A DNA stretch of 49,471 nucleotides from Octopus bimaculoides (lineage: Eukaryota). The first letter of the stretch is position 1, and each line of letters starts with the position of its first letter. Below the pieces are notes generated by a model. The model was not told the origin of the DNA and searched no databases. It saw only the letters and a list, made by a program, of their open reading frames with translations. The stretch spans positions 68,693,071 to 68,742,541 of the forward strand of contig NC_068981.1 in NCBI RefSeq assembly GCF_001194135.2. The letters run 5' to 3'. The position numbers and the translations under genes are program-made. Shown piece by piece: positions 25,905 to 38,410 of the stretch.

Positions 25905-26159
25905 GTATTTCTGTGTGATATGACTCCGTAAGTCATCCTTTTTAAAAAAGAATTCCTCTTAACATTATAATGGATTTTATTGTTCGTCACTGCAATATGG
26001 CATAGAAATACAAGCAACCTCGCCAAGTAATTTTGCACTTTCAAATCACTGGCTGAATGAAGCAGTATTCTTTTTGATTATTTCTTTCGTTTTCTCTCTT
26101 GCATTCTGTTTTCTTATTCGCCACGTAGATAATCAAAAATAGCATTGAAAATATTACGT

Positions 26160-26340
26160 TGCTGTATTGTTCATATACATGTAAATACAAGTCATCCTAT
26201 CTGGTGAATGAGCAAAATTTGTATTTCTAGTGACATGTTCCGTACTAACTGAATACGATCCAATGAAGCATAGTTTCTACTCTGAAGTCAGTAACTGTTA
26301 TTTCCCAAAGTTTAGCATTAACCGACACTGAGTAATTTTG
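26160..26340 (-). pseudogene. CUB-like remnant candidate
   Basis: One frame reads YSVSVNAKLWEITVTDFRVET...GTCH*...DDLYLHVYE. Confidence 0.33.
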
Positions 26341-26488
26341 ACCTCTATGTCAAGTTATTCTGTCTACACGCACAGATACATTTGTGTGTGTAAGAGTGTG
26401 AATGAGGCTGTCGGACGAAGAAAACACACATATGAAGCTAATGTGTGCCGTTATATCCCGTATTTTTTGTGTTTGAGAGTAGATGTAA

Positions 26489-26915
26489 CTAAGTAAATAA
26501 TTTGATTATTGATGGAAAAAAATTAAATGATGTATAGCAGCTCCGAAAGGTCAGAATCTGTATAGTGTCGGTCAGAAAACGAAAACATTTAGTCTTCTTT
26601 GCATTCTGAAATTCAACTGCGCTGTTTTCCCTCTCCGTTTCAGTGTCGAAGAAAATCAAACGCCTATTCAGGTACTTTATATTCTTGAATAAAGTATTAG
26701 GATAAAGGACAATTGTTTTTAACAGATTTGTATCGTACACTTATGAGAAAAGACAAGGCAGGTTTAATGAATATGTCTATATCTAATCTACAAGGTAACT
26801 TGAAAACATACGCAAGCGAAACAGAATATAACCTTTGATGTTCATAGCGCCTGTTAGGGAAGTTACATGTGTAGTTTGTTGACTTGTAAGCGTAGAAATG
26901 GTAGACACTTAACAA
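26489..26915 (-). pseudogene. CUB-like domain across two overlapping ORFs
   Basis: 26697-26915 has C1-C2 spacing of 25 residues (TCNF...LYS...Y...PCRLDI..IKP..FLISVRY). 26489-26740 ends LIFFD...TDTIQILTFRSCYTS. Confidence 0.42.
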
Positions 26916-27678
26916 TCACCACCGATGAAATACTAAAAATTGAAAACTTGTGAAATATATGCAGAGTTTTAGTAAAAAATAGAAATAAAATGAAAGTGTC
27001 AGGTACTGTAGCGTTTCGTTTTGAAGGTTACACAGTATTTATATCCAGATATGGACACTCGATTCGCTCTGAATTAGTTTACAAATTCTGTTAAAAGTTA
27101 TGAAGCTAATCTGATTGAATAACCCGACATTAAAACTGACATCAATATTTAGTTTTCCAAACAATAGGATACTCCATTAATAAAATCCAAGTTCGTACAA
27201 ATTAGCGAACTTGTTTCAAGATCTGGGTTGATATTTTCTATGTAAAGAAGGGTTTTGGTTTTCTATATTTACAAAATTTCCCACGTTGTAGAAATTATGG
27301 ACATGCACTTGAATTGAAATGATCTTAAGAGAAATCAGTTTTCACGAGAGGGTAAATTCCAGGCGAGTGCCTAAATAGCAAGAGATGACAACCCACGGCT
27401 CTGCCATTTATCAAGTACAAAAATGAATCAGAAAGCCATGATTCTAAAATGCTCTTAGTATTTTCTTGTGTTAAACATACTATGCCATATCTAAATTTTA
27501 ACAGTCTATGGTCTTAGTACATTTTATTGAAATGTACAAATCATTGGCAGAGTTAAAACTATTTAGCGCATTACGAAAATTTATGTAAGAGTGAAATTCG
27601 ATCTAATGTTGCTAATTTTCATTTGTTTTATTATATTAACAAGAGCATTAATGTACACGTCTATTTCAACATTTCGTG

Positions 27679-27910
27679 TCATACAGCGTCACTTTCATTA
27701 AAAAAAAAACTCTTGTATTTAAAGCCCAACCCATCTATTATGTTAAGCAAGAATAAAAGTAAGAATTGTAAAATAATTATGATTAAATTAATTATCTTTA
27801 TCATCAATTGTTTCATTCGAAATACTAAACGGTCATAAAAATCGATCTCGATCCGTATTACCGGATTAATTTTCAATCCGATTGTAAATATCATGAAACA
27901 ATTTCAGTTA
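27679..27910 (-). pseudogene. CUB-like segment candidate
   Basis: NCFMIFTIGLKINPVIRIEIDFYD...IIDG. Confidence 0.28.
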
Positions 27911-29795
27911 ATCTTCAGAAATGAAATCTTGCATTAAAAGGTCAACGTATGATTCTTTTGTGAACATTCCCATCAGTGTACAATTTTCTTATCTTTGACA
28001 TTTATAATGTAATTTCTATACACCGTGCATTCAAAGATTTTTACGAGACGGGCGAGAGTGGGACAGGAATATAGAAGTCGTTTAAGTTTATTCGCAGTTG
28101 CATGCTTAGTAACAAAAAACATATGTATCTAATTTCAGCTGCAATTGGCATTTGCTATGGAAATCGAAACGGAAATCTTATTGAGGATTTTACAATTTTA
28201 TGGTAACTGATATATTATCATCTTATGTTTTTTTTTTGTTTTTTTTTTTCAATATTATAATTGCATTGAGATAACTTCAGAGAGAATGATAAACTCTGCT
28301 TTATGAAAACAGCTCATGTGAAAGTTAAACCTCGCATTAAATTTCTAAGCCTGTTTGATACAATTAGATTAGTTTTGATTCTCTGAACAGAGTATATGTA
28401 AACTATGGTAACATAAACTATTCTTCATCGAATTTCGATTTAAAATATTGCATTACAAAATATTAATACCCTTTCATGAGAATATTAAGAGTAAATATTA
28501 AGAAGTATGGTGCAACTGTTATGTTTCCTGAAAAAGATGAACGAAAGGAATTAGTTTAGACACTGTACTGAAATATATGCTACTTTCTCTATAATGTTCT
28601 CATAAAAGGACACCAGAAAATTGATAATATTACATAATGCGAGCAATCGCAACAGTTAGATAAACACTTGTATAGTATATAAAGAATTGAAGATAAATAA
28701 ATATCAATATTGGTTACTAAAATAAAAGGATCTATGTTCGATACAAAACAGGAATATTTATCTATTTGAAGATAATTTAAAAGAATGTGAGCATTAAATT
28801 ACCTGATATATTTCATATCTATAACAATTAAAAATGTAATGCCTATTAAAATATCAAAGTTTGTATTAAGATACATGAGACATTTTTTAGAAATGTGTTT
28901 CGCATTTTTGTTCATTATATGTACTGTATAATTTTCATAGGTTTTAGATAACGCAAAGGCAACGTATCAAATCGCATTATATTCTTATAATGAGAGGAAA
29001 CATGTTACAATGAGTCACCTATTTCTGGGACGATATTTTACGTCATATTGAGAATTGATATTTGAACGGTAGCTTACATACAAGATGATATGTTTTATTT
29101 TAAACAGAAGCACTAATTTGTGGTATAAAGTTTGTATAACTTTCATCTTTATAAATTTAACTTATCAATTGTGACGGTGAACGTATCAAAGATGAGACTT
29201 GCATTATATTGAAATTTGTTTTCATTAATTATGTATTTGAAGATTAGTAATATATTAGTTATTTCAACAATGAGAGAAGAATAAAATATCTCGAGGTATA
29301 TAACAACACAATATTCGTCTACCGCTTAATTCTATGAACCAATAAATGTTGAAAAGCTACATTAGCCATAAATGGAATTTGAACTCAGAATAGAGAGAGG
29401 AATAAATAATTCAATAAAAGTTATGTACGGTATTATTGCAAACTATACTGTGAGAACTTTTTTTAATGAATGTCATTTCGATTTGAAATCTGTTTGATAT
29501 ATAAAAACTCATAATCTCCATGATGTCTGCTGGAGTTGCATATTATTTCATATTTAAATCTTCGGTATTATTTGTAGTCATTAATTTATCGTCGGATATT
29601 TTTCAGAGTGTGTTATATATATATATATATACACGCACGTACACAAACACGCACAGACACACGATCATACACAAACACGCACACATGCATATATATNNNN
29701 NNNNNNNNNNNNNNNNNNNNNNNNNNNNNNNNNNNNNNNNNNNNNNNNNNNNNNNNNNNNNNNNNNNNNNNNNNNNNNNNNNNNNNNNNNNNNNN

Positions 29796-29829
<34 letters not shown>

Positions 29830-30013
29830 TAAATAAGTTGAAAATGCACAGAGAATATATTAGTGTTAATTAGAATTTAATTACGTCTTATAGTATTGGA
29901 ATGCACTTAAAATTATGAAACGCTTTGTGAATATTTGTAAGTGTGACACGCAAACTCGTGAAACATGCCATATTTTTAAGTGTAATCCTCTAAATTTGAT
30001 ATATAATTAAATA

Positions 30014-31254
30014 TTAGGTTGTTTTACATGAAATATTGTATTTGAAAGGTTACAATGAAATGTTGTAGAAGCGTTAAAGAGAAATTTATTTAATGAAAGT
30101 ATGATCCATGTACATTTATAACATTAACCCAACTTTGCTCTATGTCATATATTCGATCTTTAAAATGAAATTCATCTTTTGTTGTGATAAATTGTCCGAA
30201 TGCTTCAATTGCGTCTTCTCTTTTTAAAAATGTTTAATGCCTATGAAAAGCTCAAAATGCTTAAATAAGTGCTGGTCAGTAGGAAATATATCAAAGTAAT
30301 AGGGAGGATGTTGCAAAATCTCATAATTCAGGCTTTGTAACTTTTGGGCCGTAGCTTGATGTGTGCGAGGACGTTCATTCTTGTGGAACAAAATTGGGCC
30401 ATCTCTATTCACTAGTATGAGTTGCTCCTTTTTCAAATTCTCATGCATACAATCAATTTCCTGGCAATACTGTGTTACTGTTATCGTTTACTTTTGTTGC
30501 AAAAATGAATAATGAATAACTTCCTTCGCAGACTAGCATACATTGACCACTAACTATTTAGGGTGCAACGTTGAGTTTGGGAAGTGTCTAAGTAACTCTC
30601 CTGCGTCTAATCACTGTCCTGTTCTCCCTGCTGTTGTCAAAGATTATCCATATCTCATTACAAGTAATGATTTGATGCATAAAAGGTCCTTTTCCAGTCG
30701 AGAGAACAATAAGGAACACACTTTGAGGCGTCTGTGTTTTTGAATCCTGTTCATTTGATGTGGAACAAACCTATCCGTTTTCTTAACCTTTTCCAATTCT
30801 GTACATGTGTCCAAAAACAGTTGTATGAGATGTTTGGAGTCCTGATGAACGTTTTCGAACATTTGTTCTCAGATTTTGTTCAACCAAAGCATTTAATCTA
30901 CCATGCCAAATAACTGATTTTGGTTTACCTTTTGGTTTATTTTCAAGTCTATCATCTACTGGTCGAGCGTTTTTGGACGATCTCTGAACAGTTTTGATAT
31001 CAACAAAACAATAATCAAATGCCCGCTTGATATACTGTAGAGCTTCTGCGACAGACTGACCGAGTTTGTACTCATACAAGAAATTCACTCAACGTAGTTT
31101 GGTTGTTATCATTTTCATATAGTATGTGGGTACGAATTTTGTATACTAATATTTTTTAGGGGAAAAAAAAGAGTCAAGATGAAATGCAATGTATACATAA
31201 TTGAGGTTTTACATGATTCGAATAACAAATAATTAAATATGCGAAACGACCTAA
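30014..31254 (-). mobile_element. Full-length decayed mariner transposon (about 1241 bp)
   Basis: TA-flanked TIRs ttaggttgttttacat / ttaggtcgtttcgcat. ORF pieces FLYEYKLGQSVAEA, FVPHQMN...CSLL and ILQHPPYYFDIFPTDQHLFKH (degenerate WVPHEL and HPPYSPDLAPxD). Confidence 0.92.
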
Positions 31255-31872
31255 TATAATTTATACNNNNNNNNNNNNNNNNNNNNNNNNNNNNNNNNNN
31301 NNNNNNNNNNNNNNNNNNNNNNNNNNNNNNNNNNNNNNNNNNNNNNNNNNNNNNNNNNNNNNNNNNNNNNNNNNNNNNNNNNNNNNNNNNNNNNNNNNNN
31401 NNNNNNNNNNNNNNNNNNNNNNNNNNNNNNNNNNNNNNNNNNNNNNNNNNNNNNNNNNNNNNNNNNNNNNNNNNNNNNNNNNNNNNNNNNNNNNNNNNNN
31501 NNNNNNNNNNNNNNNNNNNNNNNNNNNNNNNNNNNNNNNNNNNNNNNNNNNNNNNNNNNNNNNNNNNNNNNNNNNNNNNNNNNNNNNNNNNNNNNNNNNN
31601 NNNNNNNNNNNNNNNNNNNNNNNNNNNNNNNNNNNNNNNNNNNNNNNNNNNNNNNNNNNNNNNNNNNNNNNNNNNNNNNNNNNNNNNNNNNNNNNNNNNN
31701 NNNNNNNNNNNNNNNNNNNNNNNNNNNNNNNNNNNNNNNNNNNNNNNNNNNNNNNNNNNNNNNNNNNNNNNNNNNNNNNNNNNNNNNNNNNNNNNNNNNN
31801 NNNNNNNNNNNNNNNNNNNNNNNNNNNNNNNNNNNNNNNNNNNNNNNNNNNNNNNNNNNNNNNNNNNNNNNN

Positions 31873-31925
<53 letters not shown>

Positions 31926-34160
31926 AATTAAAATACAATAGACTAAATCAAATAATGCAATGCGATATCCAAATAATCTGATATGCAGTCTCTTTCTCGA
32001 GGGAGAATCAATGGATGGGTAATGAACATATATAAACAATGCCAATAATAAATGTAATAGCGATAATACTACCTCCTGCAGATGGGAAATATTATTTACC
32101 ATTAAGGATGATTCGAGAACGCTCAAATTCGAAGATAAACGATAGAATCCAATTCAAGCATTCATATGGAGATAGAATGTCCATTCCTATTTAATGGTAG
32201 ATGCTCATTTACTATAATTATTCAACGTGAATCACAACTGCACTGATATTAAACACGATAACAAAATAGAATGAAAAATGGTAAAATTGACTCTCGAATT
32301 TTCCTCTTTAATTGGAGGCATGTCCCTATGAAAGAGCATACTCGCCATACATTATTTAGTGCATCAATCACAATATACATTGCGCTATAGAGATGTCAAT
32401 TATAAAAAGAAAACACAGTAAATAACAGATATGTCATCAGTGAAGATTTATGTTTTAAAATAATTTAAAATGTATGAAAACATATAATGTCTATGTTAAA
32501 ACAATTCCAATCTATCTTAAAACATTCATAAAATAATGCATCTGTATGTAATTTATGTAGCATATTTATTTTCTATGGCAGGTGTTTTATATGTTTATGA
32601 TACGCGTATTTATGTATAAGTGCCATGCCTTTTATGTGTTCGCGTGATATGTGAGTGTATTAATGTGTAAGTGTGCAATGCTCTGATACTATATGTTATA
32701 TAATTCCATCAGCGTTCGAACACAGTATTTATGTAAATTTATAAACACATTCAATTATAAGCAGTATATATGTGTTTGCATGTATATATATATATATATA
32801 TATATANNNNNNNNNNNNNNNNNNNNNNNNNNNNNNNNNNNNNNNNNNNNNNNNNNNNNNNNNNNNNNNNNNNNNNNNNNNNNNNNNNNNNNNNNNNNNN
32901 NNNNNNNNNNNNNNNNNNNNNNNNNNNNNNNNNNNNNNNNNNNNNNNNNNNNNNNNNNNNNNNNNNNNNNNNNNNNNNNNNNNNNNNNNNNNNNNNNNNN
33001 NNNNNNNNNNNNNNNNNNNNNNNNNNNNNNNNNNNNNNNNNNNNNNNNNNNNNNNNNNNNNNNNNNNNNNNNNNNNNNNNNNNNNNNNNNNNNNNNNNNN
33101 NNNNNNNNNNNNNNNNNNNNNNNNNNNNNNNNNNNNNNNNNNNNNNNNNNNNNNNNNNNNNNNNNNNNNNNNNNNNNNNNNNNNNNNNNNNNNNNNNNNN
33201 NNNNNNNNNNNNNNNNNNNNNNNNNNNTATATATATGTATATATATGTGTGTGTGTGTGTTTGTGCTGTGTGTTTGTGTGTGTGGTGTGTGTGTGCTTGT
33301 GTGCGTGTATTCACAGAGAGACAGAGGGGACGATCGAGAGAGAGAAACAGTCTTCGTGGACATCAGACCTGGAGTTGCGTTAGACTCCTTCACGTCTTAT
33401 ATATTTGGCTTTTGCAAAGCTTTGTGACAGGAATGAATTAGAAGTAATCCGTGCGAGAACCGTCAGGGGAATGCATGATAGGGTCAACTCTATTAAATAC
33501 ATTGACAAACCAACTGAGCTTCGAATTCTGATTAGCGAATATGGCACCAATGGGAATATTTGCTAATTGCATGCTAATCTAAAATGATTTTCTTTTGATG
33601 GAAGAAATATATGGTCAAGAATAAGGAACACATGATATACAATATATTTTAGCATCATACCCGTTGCAGATGCCTTGGGGTGAAGACGAGAAATCAATAC
33701 TTTCAAGAATTCTCTTTTATGATGATGTTTTGTGGGTGTGTAGATCTGCTCTGGTAAATGAAGAATACCTTAAATCAGTGCCAAATGATAATATCGCCTA
33801 CCTGTCGCCCACTTGTGTCAAAAATAAAAACCCTGACACAACCCCACGCTAAAACAAAATCCCTAGCAAAACACCCCTTTGTATTATTTGACATATACAC
33901 TATATCGTAGACTCGTGGCCCTGTTAGTGCTGTTTGGACTAAATATGCGGTTGTTTAGAAATACCTTAATGGGGGTTTATTTTGAACGTTAGTGTGAATT
34001 AAATTCTAACGTTACTTCCATATTATGCGGAGAGATTAACTCCTGGAGACTTATGCTTTCTTTTACATTGATATGCATTTTCCACAAATGAACCATTGAT
34101 CAGAAATACTGAAGCAAAAATAATTAGTGATTGCATTATAAAAGAAAATAATAAAACTTT

Positions 34161-35597
34161 TTAATGAGAACCATGTGTCCGCTGTAATGTAGCTTGTGCA
34201 GAAACATTCGGTTTCAAACTTGTCAACTTTAGCCGCAAATCTCCTCGTTGTGTCACATCCAGTCGAATTGTTTTATGGGAAACAAAAGTTCCAACATGGA
34301 TAAAACCAGATTCAATTAGGTATGAGATAGGGAAGGCAGGCAAAAGTAATTTCAAATGTTTCCACAGACTGGGGTAAGAATTCAATATACTCTGATGGTA
34401 CCACAAACCTTCTTTGCCATTACGGCGATATCACATTGTGATGCCCTTATTATTTTGTAATTCTATCAATTCCTCCTGAACGTCATCCACACAATCGACT
34501 GCATCGACCTCAATGGATTGCTATAGCAATTTGGAATATTCAGCGCAATTACATCTTGATATCGCTCCGACATGTTATCTTGCAATGATCGTACATTGTT
34601 GGGATATGTAGTTAAATCCTCATCAACTAATTCATCTTTCAAAGAATCAAGTCGTGGAAATTAATGGAATTGTTGTTTTGAAATGTTAGTTTTATACAAC
34701 ACTAATTTCGAAATGAAGTCATGATAAATTATTTACATTCAATGGGAGTTTTTTTTTCTGTTTCCCTGCAATAACTTATTCAAATTATTAATTTTTTTGA
34801 ATATATCATAAAGAAAAAAGACATCGCACCTTGCAGTCATCAATAAAGGGGATAGTGGAGTATCTTCAAAGAAAGAGATAATTATATGAAACAGTTCAAC
34901 AAAGCGTAAAACACAGTTTCCTTTTGACAGACACTGCACTTCGGTATGGTGTAACAGTTTAGTATGGTCCCATCATTTCTCAGACAGAGTTGATGGAAAA
35001 TTTGAACAGACAAGGGACTGGAGTTCAATTTGTCCACAGTCGTGATAACTATATGTAGCGCAACATTCAATCTAATGCTCATATGTTTTGCCACTAAATG
35101 CTGACGGTGTGCCAAGCAATGGATAGTTTCACGCTTTAGGAGTGATGAAAAACCTCAGTATATTCCTATCATCGAAAGGGCCCCATAAGATGCACAGGCA
35201 AGACTATTACTGAGTGGGATATTATGTTCAAAAAGGAAACTTTTGAGAGTGTGCAAAGTAGTCGTACCTTTTGAATTAAGAGACAATTTCTCTGTGCACA
35301 GCATTTCCTTACAAGGCTGAAGGTCTTCGCTGAAATACCGAACGTATACCATCATCAAACATTTTGATTGTCAACAACAGTTGACTTATCCACTTGTATA
35401 GAAAATTCAGAATGCTGATGTTTGACATCGTTGGCCATTTCATCGATGCGGCGAGAAATGTTATTACTAAGTGGGATCTTCATAATGTTATCGGGATTTT
35501 CGTGCATAACGGTTGACAAAACCTCTTCGATAACTGGACAAAGTAATGTTTCTCGAATTGTGTGTGACTTCCCAGACTTAGAAACAAGCAGTGCAAT
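34161..35597 (-). mobile_element. hAT (Buster/Charlie-type) transposase remnant, 3' part
   Basis: IALLVSKSGKSHTI, PLSNNISRRIDEMA, MVYVRYF, NIPLSNSLACASYGA, YHTEVQCLSKG, FPISYLIESGF...RGDLRLKLT...HGSH*. Confidence 0.9.
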
Positions 35598-35676
35598 TAT
35601 GTTCTATATTTAGAGATGAGGAATGATGTACATGATTTACATTTGACAGATATTTGTCCTCATCTTGTTTGTTATT

Positions 35677-35724
35677 AACACAACGTTTCGGCCAATATAC
35701 CATCCCTAGCCTTCATCAGGTGGC
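35677..35724 (-). ncRNA. Minimal type I hammerhead ribozyme (core intact)
   Basis: cac-CTGATGA-a-ggcta-gggatggtatat-tggcc-GAAA-C-GTT-gtg. 5-bp helix II, palindromic ACGU helix III, GUU cleavage triplet, short helix I. Confidence 0.75.
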
Positions 35725-35740
35725 TAAGGTATTTTCGATG

Positions 35741-35741
<1 letters not shown>

Positions 35742-35785
<44 letters not shown>

Positions 35786-35826
35786 GTAGTAGTAGTAGTA
35801 TTATGATTATTATTATTATTATTATT
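35742..35826. repeat. (ATT)n/(AGT)n tract inside the Penelope 3' region
   Basis: Directly visible between the tRNA-like segment and the hammerhead. Confidence 0.95.
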
Positions 35827-35827
35827 C

Positions 35828-35905
35828 AGGTCACTGCCTGGAATCGAACTCGGAATACTGAGGTTAGTAGCACGCGGTCTTAACCCCTATGTCATATACT
35901 CGTGG
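35828..35905 (-). ncRNA. tRNA-derived Pol III-like head (not a functional tRNA)
   Basis: A-box-like TGACATAGGGGTTA, a CTACTAA anticodon-like loop and a perfect B-box GAGTTCGATTCC at tRNA-like spacing. Stems imperfect. Confidence 0.65.
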
Positions 35906-36835
35906 GCCATTATGGAGTGAATTTTTATGGCTTATAAATAAATCTAATATTTTCCTACCCTTCCTTAATACCCGCTCCAATTTTCTACTCATATCTACAC
36001 TCTGTCTACTTAGGAGGTTGTTGTGTCCTAGCATATGTGCTGCTTCTTTTAATTTTCGTATTTTCCAGTGGTATTCTCTGTCTATTATTTTAACATCATC
36101 CCACAGGGGAAGGTGGTCTCCATTTTTCCATACTCAATCACCTATACTCGATTTATCAATATCTCCTCGTGTCACAGCTTTTGCGATATTCCTCTACTCT
36201 TTATTTGAGGGCGTGGCATGTTTCGCCTTTTGTATAACCTACCATAGCTTCATGGGATGGCGTACACACAGTCTTTGGCCAAATTCTCTTTTGTTGGTGG
36301 TTTTACTCGAAGGAGATATTTGCGAAGTGTTATATTACTCTTGAATACTGTCCTGATGTCATGTGGACCGCATCTTTTTTGTATCTTTTTGGAGAGACCT
36401 TTCAAATAGGGGAGACAGACTGTGGACAGTTTATTGGTTTCATCTCTCTTTTCTTCATAATTGGAGTGGATAGTATGCTTTTGGGGTAGTTGTTACATAA
36501 TAGACTGTTATTGATCTTGATAATTTCTTCGTGGTGTGTATCAGGATCACTACTTATATTCTTTGCACGATGTTTTAAGCACTGAGCAATCTCTCTCTTT
36601 ACAATGCATGGATGATGGGAATTGAAGTTTAGGTATCATCCAGTGAAAGTCGGCTTGCGGTATACGGATGTCCTGAATCCATACTTGGTACGTGTTTTCA
36701 ATGCGTCAAGGAATGTTAGCTGATTGTCTTTTTTTCCTTTTCCATTGTGAACGATAATGATGGCTTTATTGAGTTCACATAATAAGAACATCGAAAAAAA
36801 CATTAGGAATGAGAAACTAGGTTCAAAATTTCCTA

Positions 36836-36883
36836 AAGACACGTGATGAAGGCTGGAGGGTATATTAGCCCAAACGTTGTGTT
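36836..36883 (+). ncRNA. Hammerhead copy with core mutations (likely inactive)
   Basis: gacac-GTGATGA-a-ggctg...tagcc-CAAA-cgtt-gtgtt. C3>G and G12>C, while helices I and II still pair. Confidence 0.65.
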
Positions 36884-36931
36884 AACAATAAGCAAAATGA
36901 GGACAAATATCCGCTAAATGTAAATAATGTT

Positions 36932-37110
36932 AGCAATGCAATGTTGTACGATGCAATAAACTCGTCATTCTCCTGTTTACTAGTTTCCCGGAGTAGCATG
37001 TTATATGTTTGTATTTGCTTTTTGAAAGAGGAACTCACTTGCGAAAAGTATGATAATGGGTTGTTTTTCTTGTCAGAAGAAAAAGTCAATAGAAGAGAGT
37101 CAGATGACAC
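36932..37110 (-). mobile_element. hAT transposase remnant, 5' part
   Basis: KNNPLSYFSQVSSSFKKQ...NDEFIASYNIALL continues into IALLVSKSGKSHT on the far side of the Penelope insertion. Confidence 0.8.
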
Positions 37111-37799
37111 ATCTTTACTGGAACAAATACGGATCTAGTTCGTTTGGCTGGCAGCATTTCAAAAAGTAAAACTTATGGAAAATTTTAAAATTAATGTACA
37201 TTTCCAAGTTAAATTGCTTGAGTTATTCCACTTTTTTTTCCAGAAAATTGTTTTAAAAAAGTACTAGAGCCTTAAAGTTTGATTATTTTCACCCAGTCAA
37301 GAAACACGATTTCAAAATGTGCATGACTGCACATTTTGTCGACATCCTGAAAACTGCATTTGTGTCTTGATTCGAAACCATAGAATTACGCACGACATAT
37401 AACAGCTCATAGCTTTCTATATTTTTCAGAAAATTTCTGCAAATTTGAATTCTATACGCGGGAATTGCTACGATGTTGCCCCCCACCCCAAAAAAATATT
37501 GTGGTAGAGTGTGATTTAAAACCTAGGCCTATTTCACGGCTATTTTTAGCACACATGACAACTATGTTAATGACTGCGACAGAAAGATTCGATCGATAAA
37601 CAAGTCCGTTTTTTTAATACAAAGGGTGGTTTTATGCGAGTAGTCAAATCGATAAAAGTGCATCCTTATTCTAGTCATACCTAGATATCAGTAAAAGCAG
37701 ACTTAATATCTAATAATTCATTGGCACCGAAAAACTTTNNNNNNNNNNTATATATACGCGTGTCTCTGTGTGTATGATGCAATAAGTCATTTAATATTG

Positions 37800-37865
37800 A
37801 TTTCATATTTTGGCACAAGGCCTGCAATTTCAGTGGTCACTCGATTACATTAATCCAGTGTTCCA
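37800..37865 (-). mobile_element. SINE 3' fragment
   Basis: ttcatattttggcacaaggcctgcaat...tcgattacat is the reverse complement of the tail of the copy at 38205 (ggccttgtgacaaaatttgaa). Confidence 0.6.
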
Positions 37866-38204
37866 CCTTGACATACGAAGATGTACTGAAAAGATCCTAG
37901 CAGGAGGATCAGTTAATTATAATCTTATTTAACATATTCTCCAATCACATTCACACATTTATTGAAGCAATCGTTCAGTTTTTCTAAAGCCAGAAAAAGA
38001 ATTCGAAAGGTCGGCCTCCAACCAGGCCTTTCGTGACACCTTGAAAGTCAGGGACTTTTCAGTTTCCCTTTGTATTCCTGTGTGCCCGATAGTATGACAA
38101 GCAAAGTCGAAACCGGTGGCATTTAAATGCTGAATGTAAAAACATACGAGAAGCTGCTTGACATTTTGCTATGCGTGATAAGCAAACTGTCAGCTCTTTT
38201 CCAG

Positions 38205-38410
38205 ATGAGGAGTGGGAGGAATAATTAACATCCCAGGCAAAATGCATGGCGTCATATCTTCCATCTTCACCCTCCGAGTTCAAGGTCTTTGGTCGACTTT
38301 GCTTTTCTACATGTATGTGTCGATATAATAAGAACCAGTTGATCAATGGGTCGATGTGATTGACTTACCCTTGGAATTACTGGCCTTGTGACAAAATTTG
38401 AAGCCAAATC
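38205..38410 (+). mobile_element. Diverged SINE copy
   Basis: ggcaaaatgc...gagttcaa...ggtcgactttgctttt...gtcgata...accagttg...gggtcgatgtgattgact aligns by eye with 468-632. Confidence 0.75.

Larger units (their letters stand above)
35600..36930 (-). mobile_element. 5'-truncated Penelope-like element with inverted terminal pseudo-LTR copy
   Basis: Minus frames VNSIKPSLSFTME, NQLTFLD, VYRKPTFTG*YLNFNSHHP, HLPLWDDVKIIDREYHWKIRKLKEAAHM (RT C-terminus plus GIY-YIG). 35635-35745 and 36778-36930 are inverted homologues. Candidate 11-bp TSD agcagtgcaat / agcaatgcaat. Confidence 0.92.

Noticed and set aside
1-27910. Rescue of the stop codons by cephalopod A-to-I editing
   Set aside because: Stops are numerous and frameshifts are also required, which editing cannot repair.
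35828-35905. Functional tRNA gene
   Set aside because: Anticodon and acceptor stems do not pair properly, and it is embedded in a retroelement.
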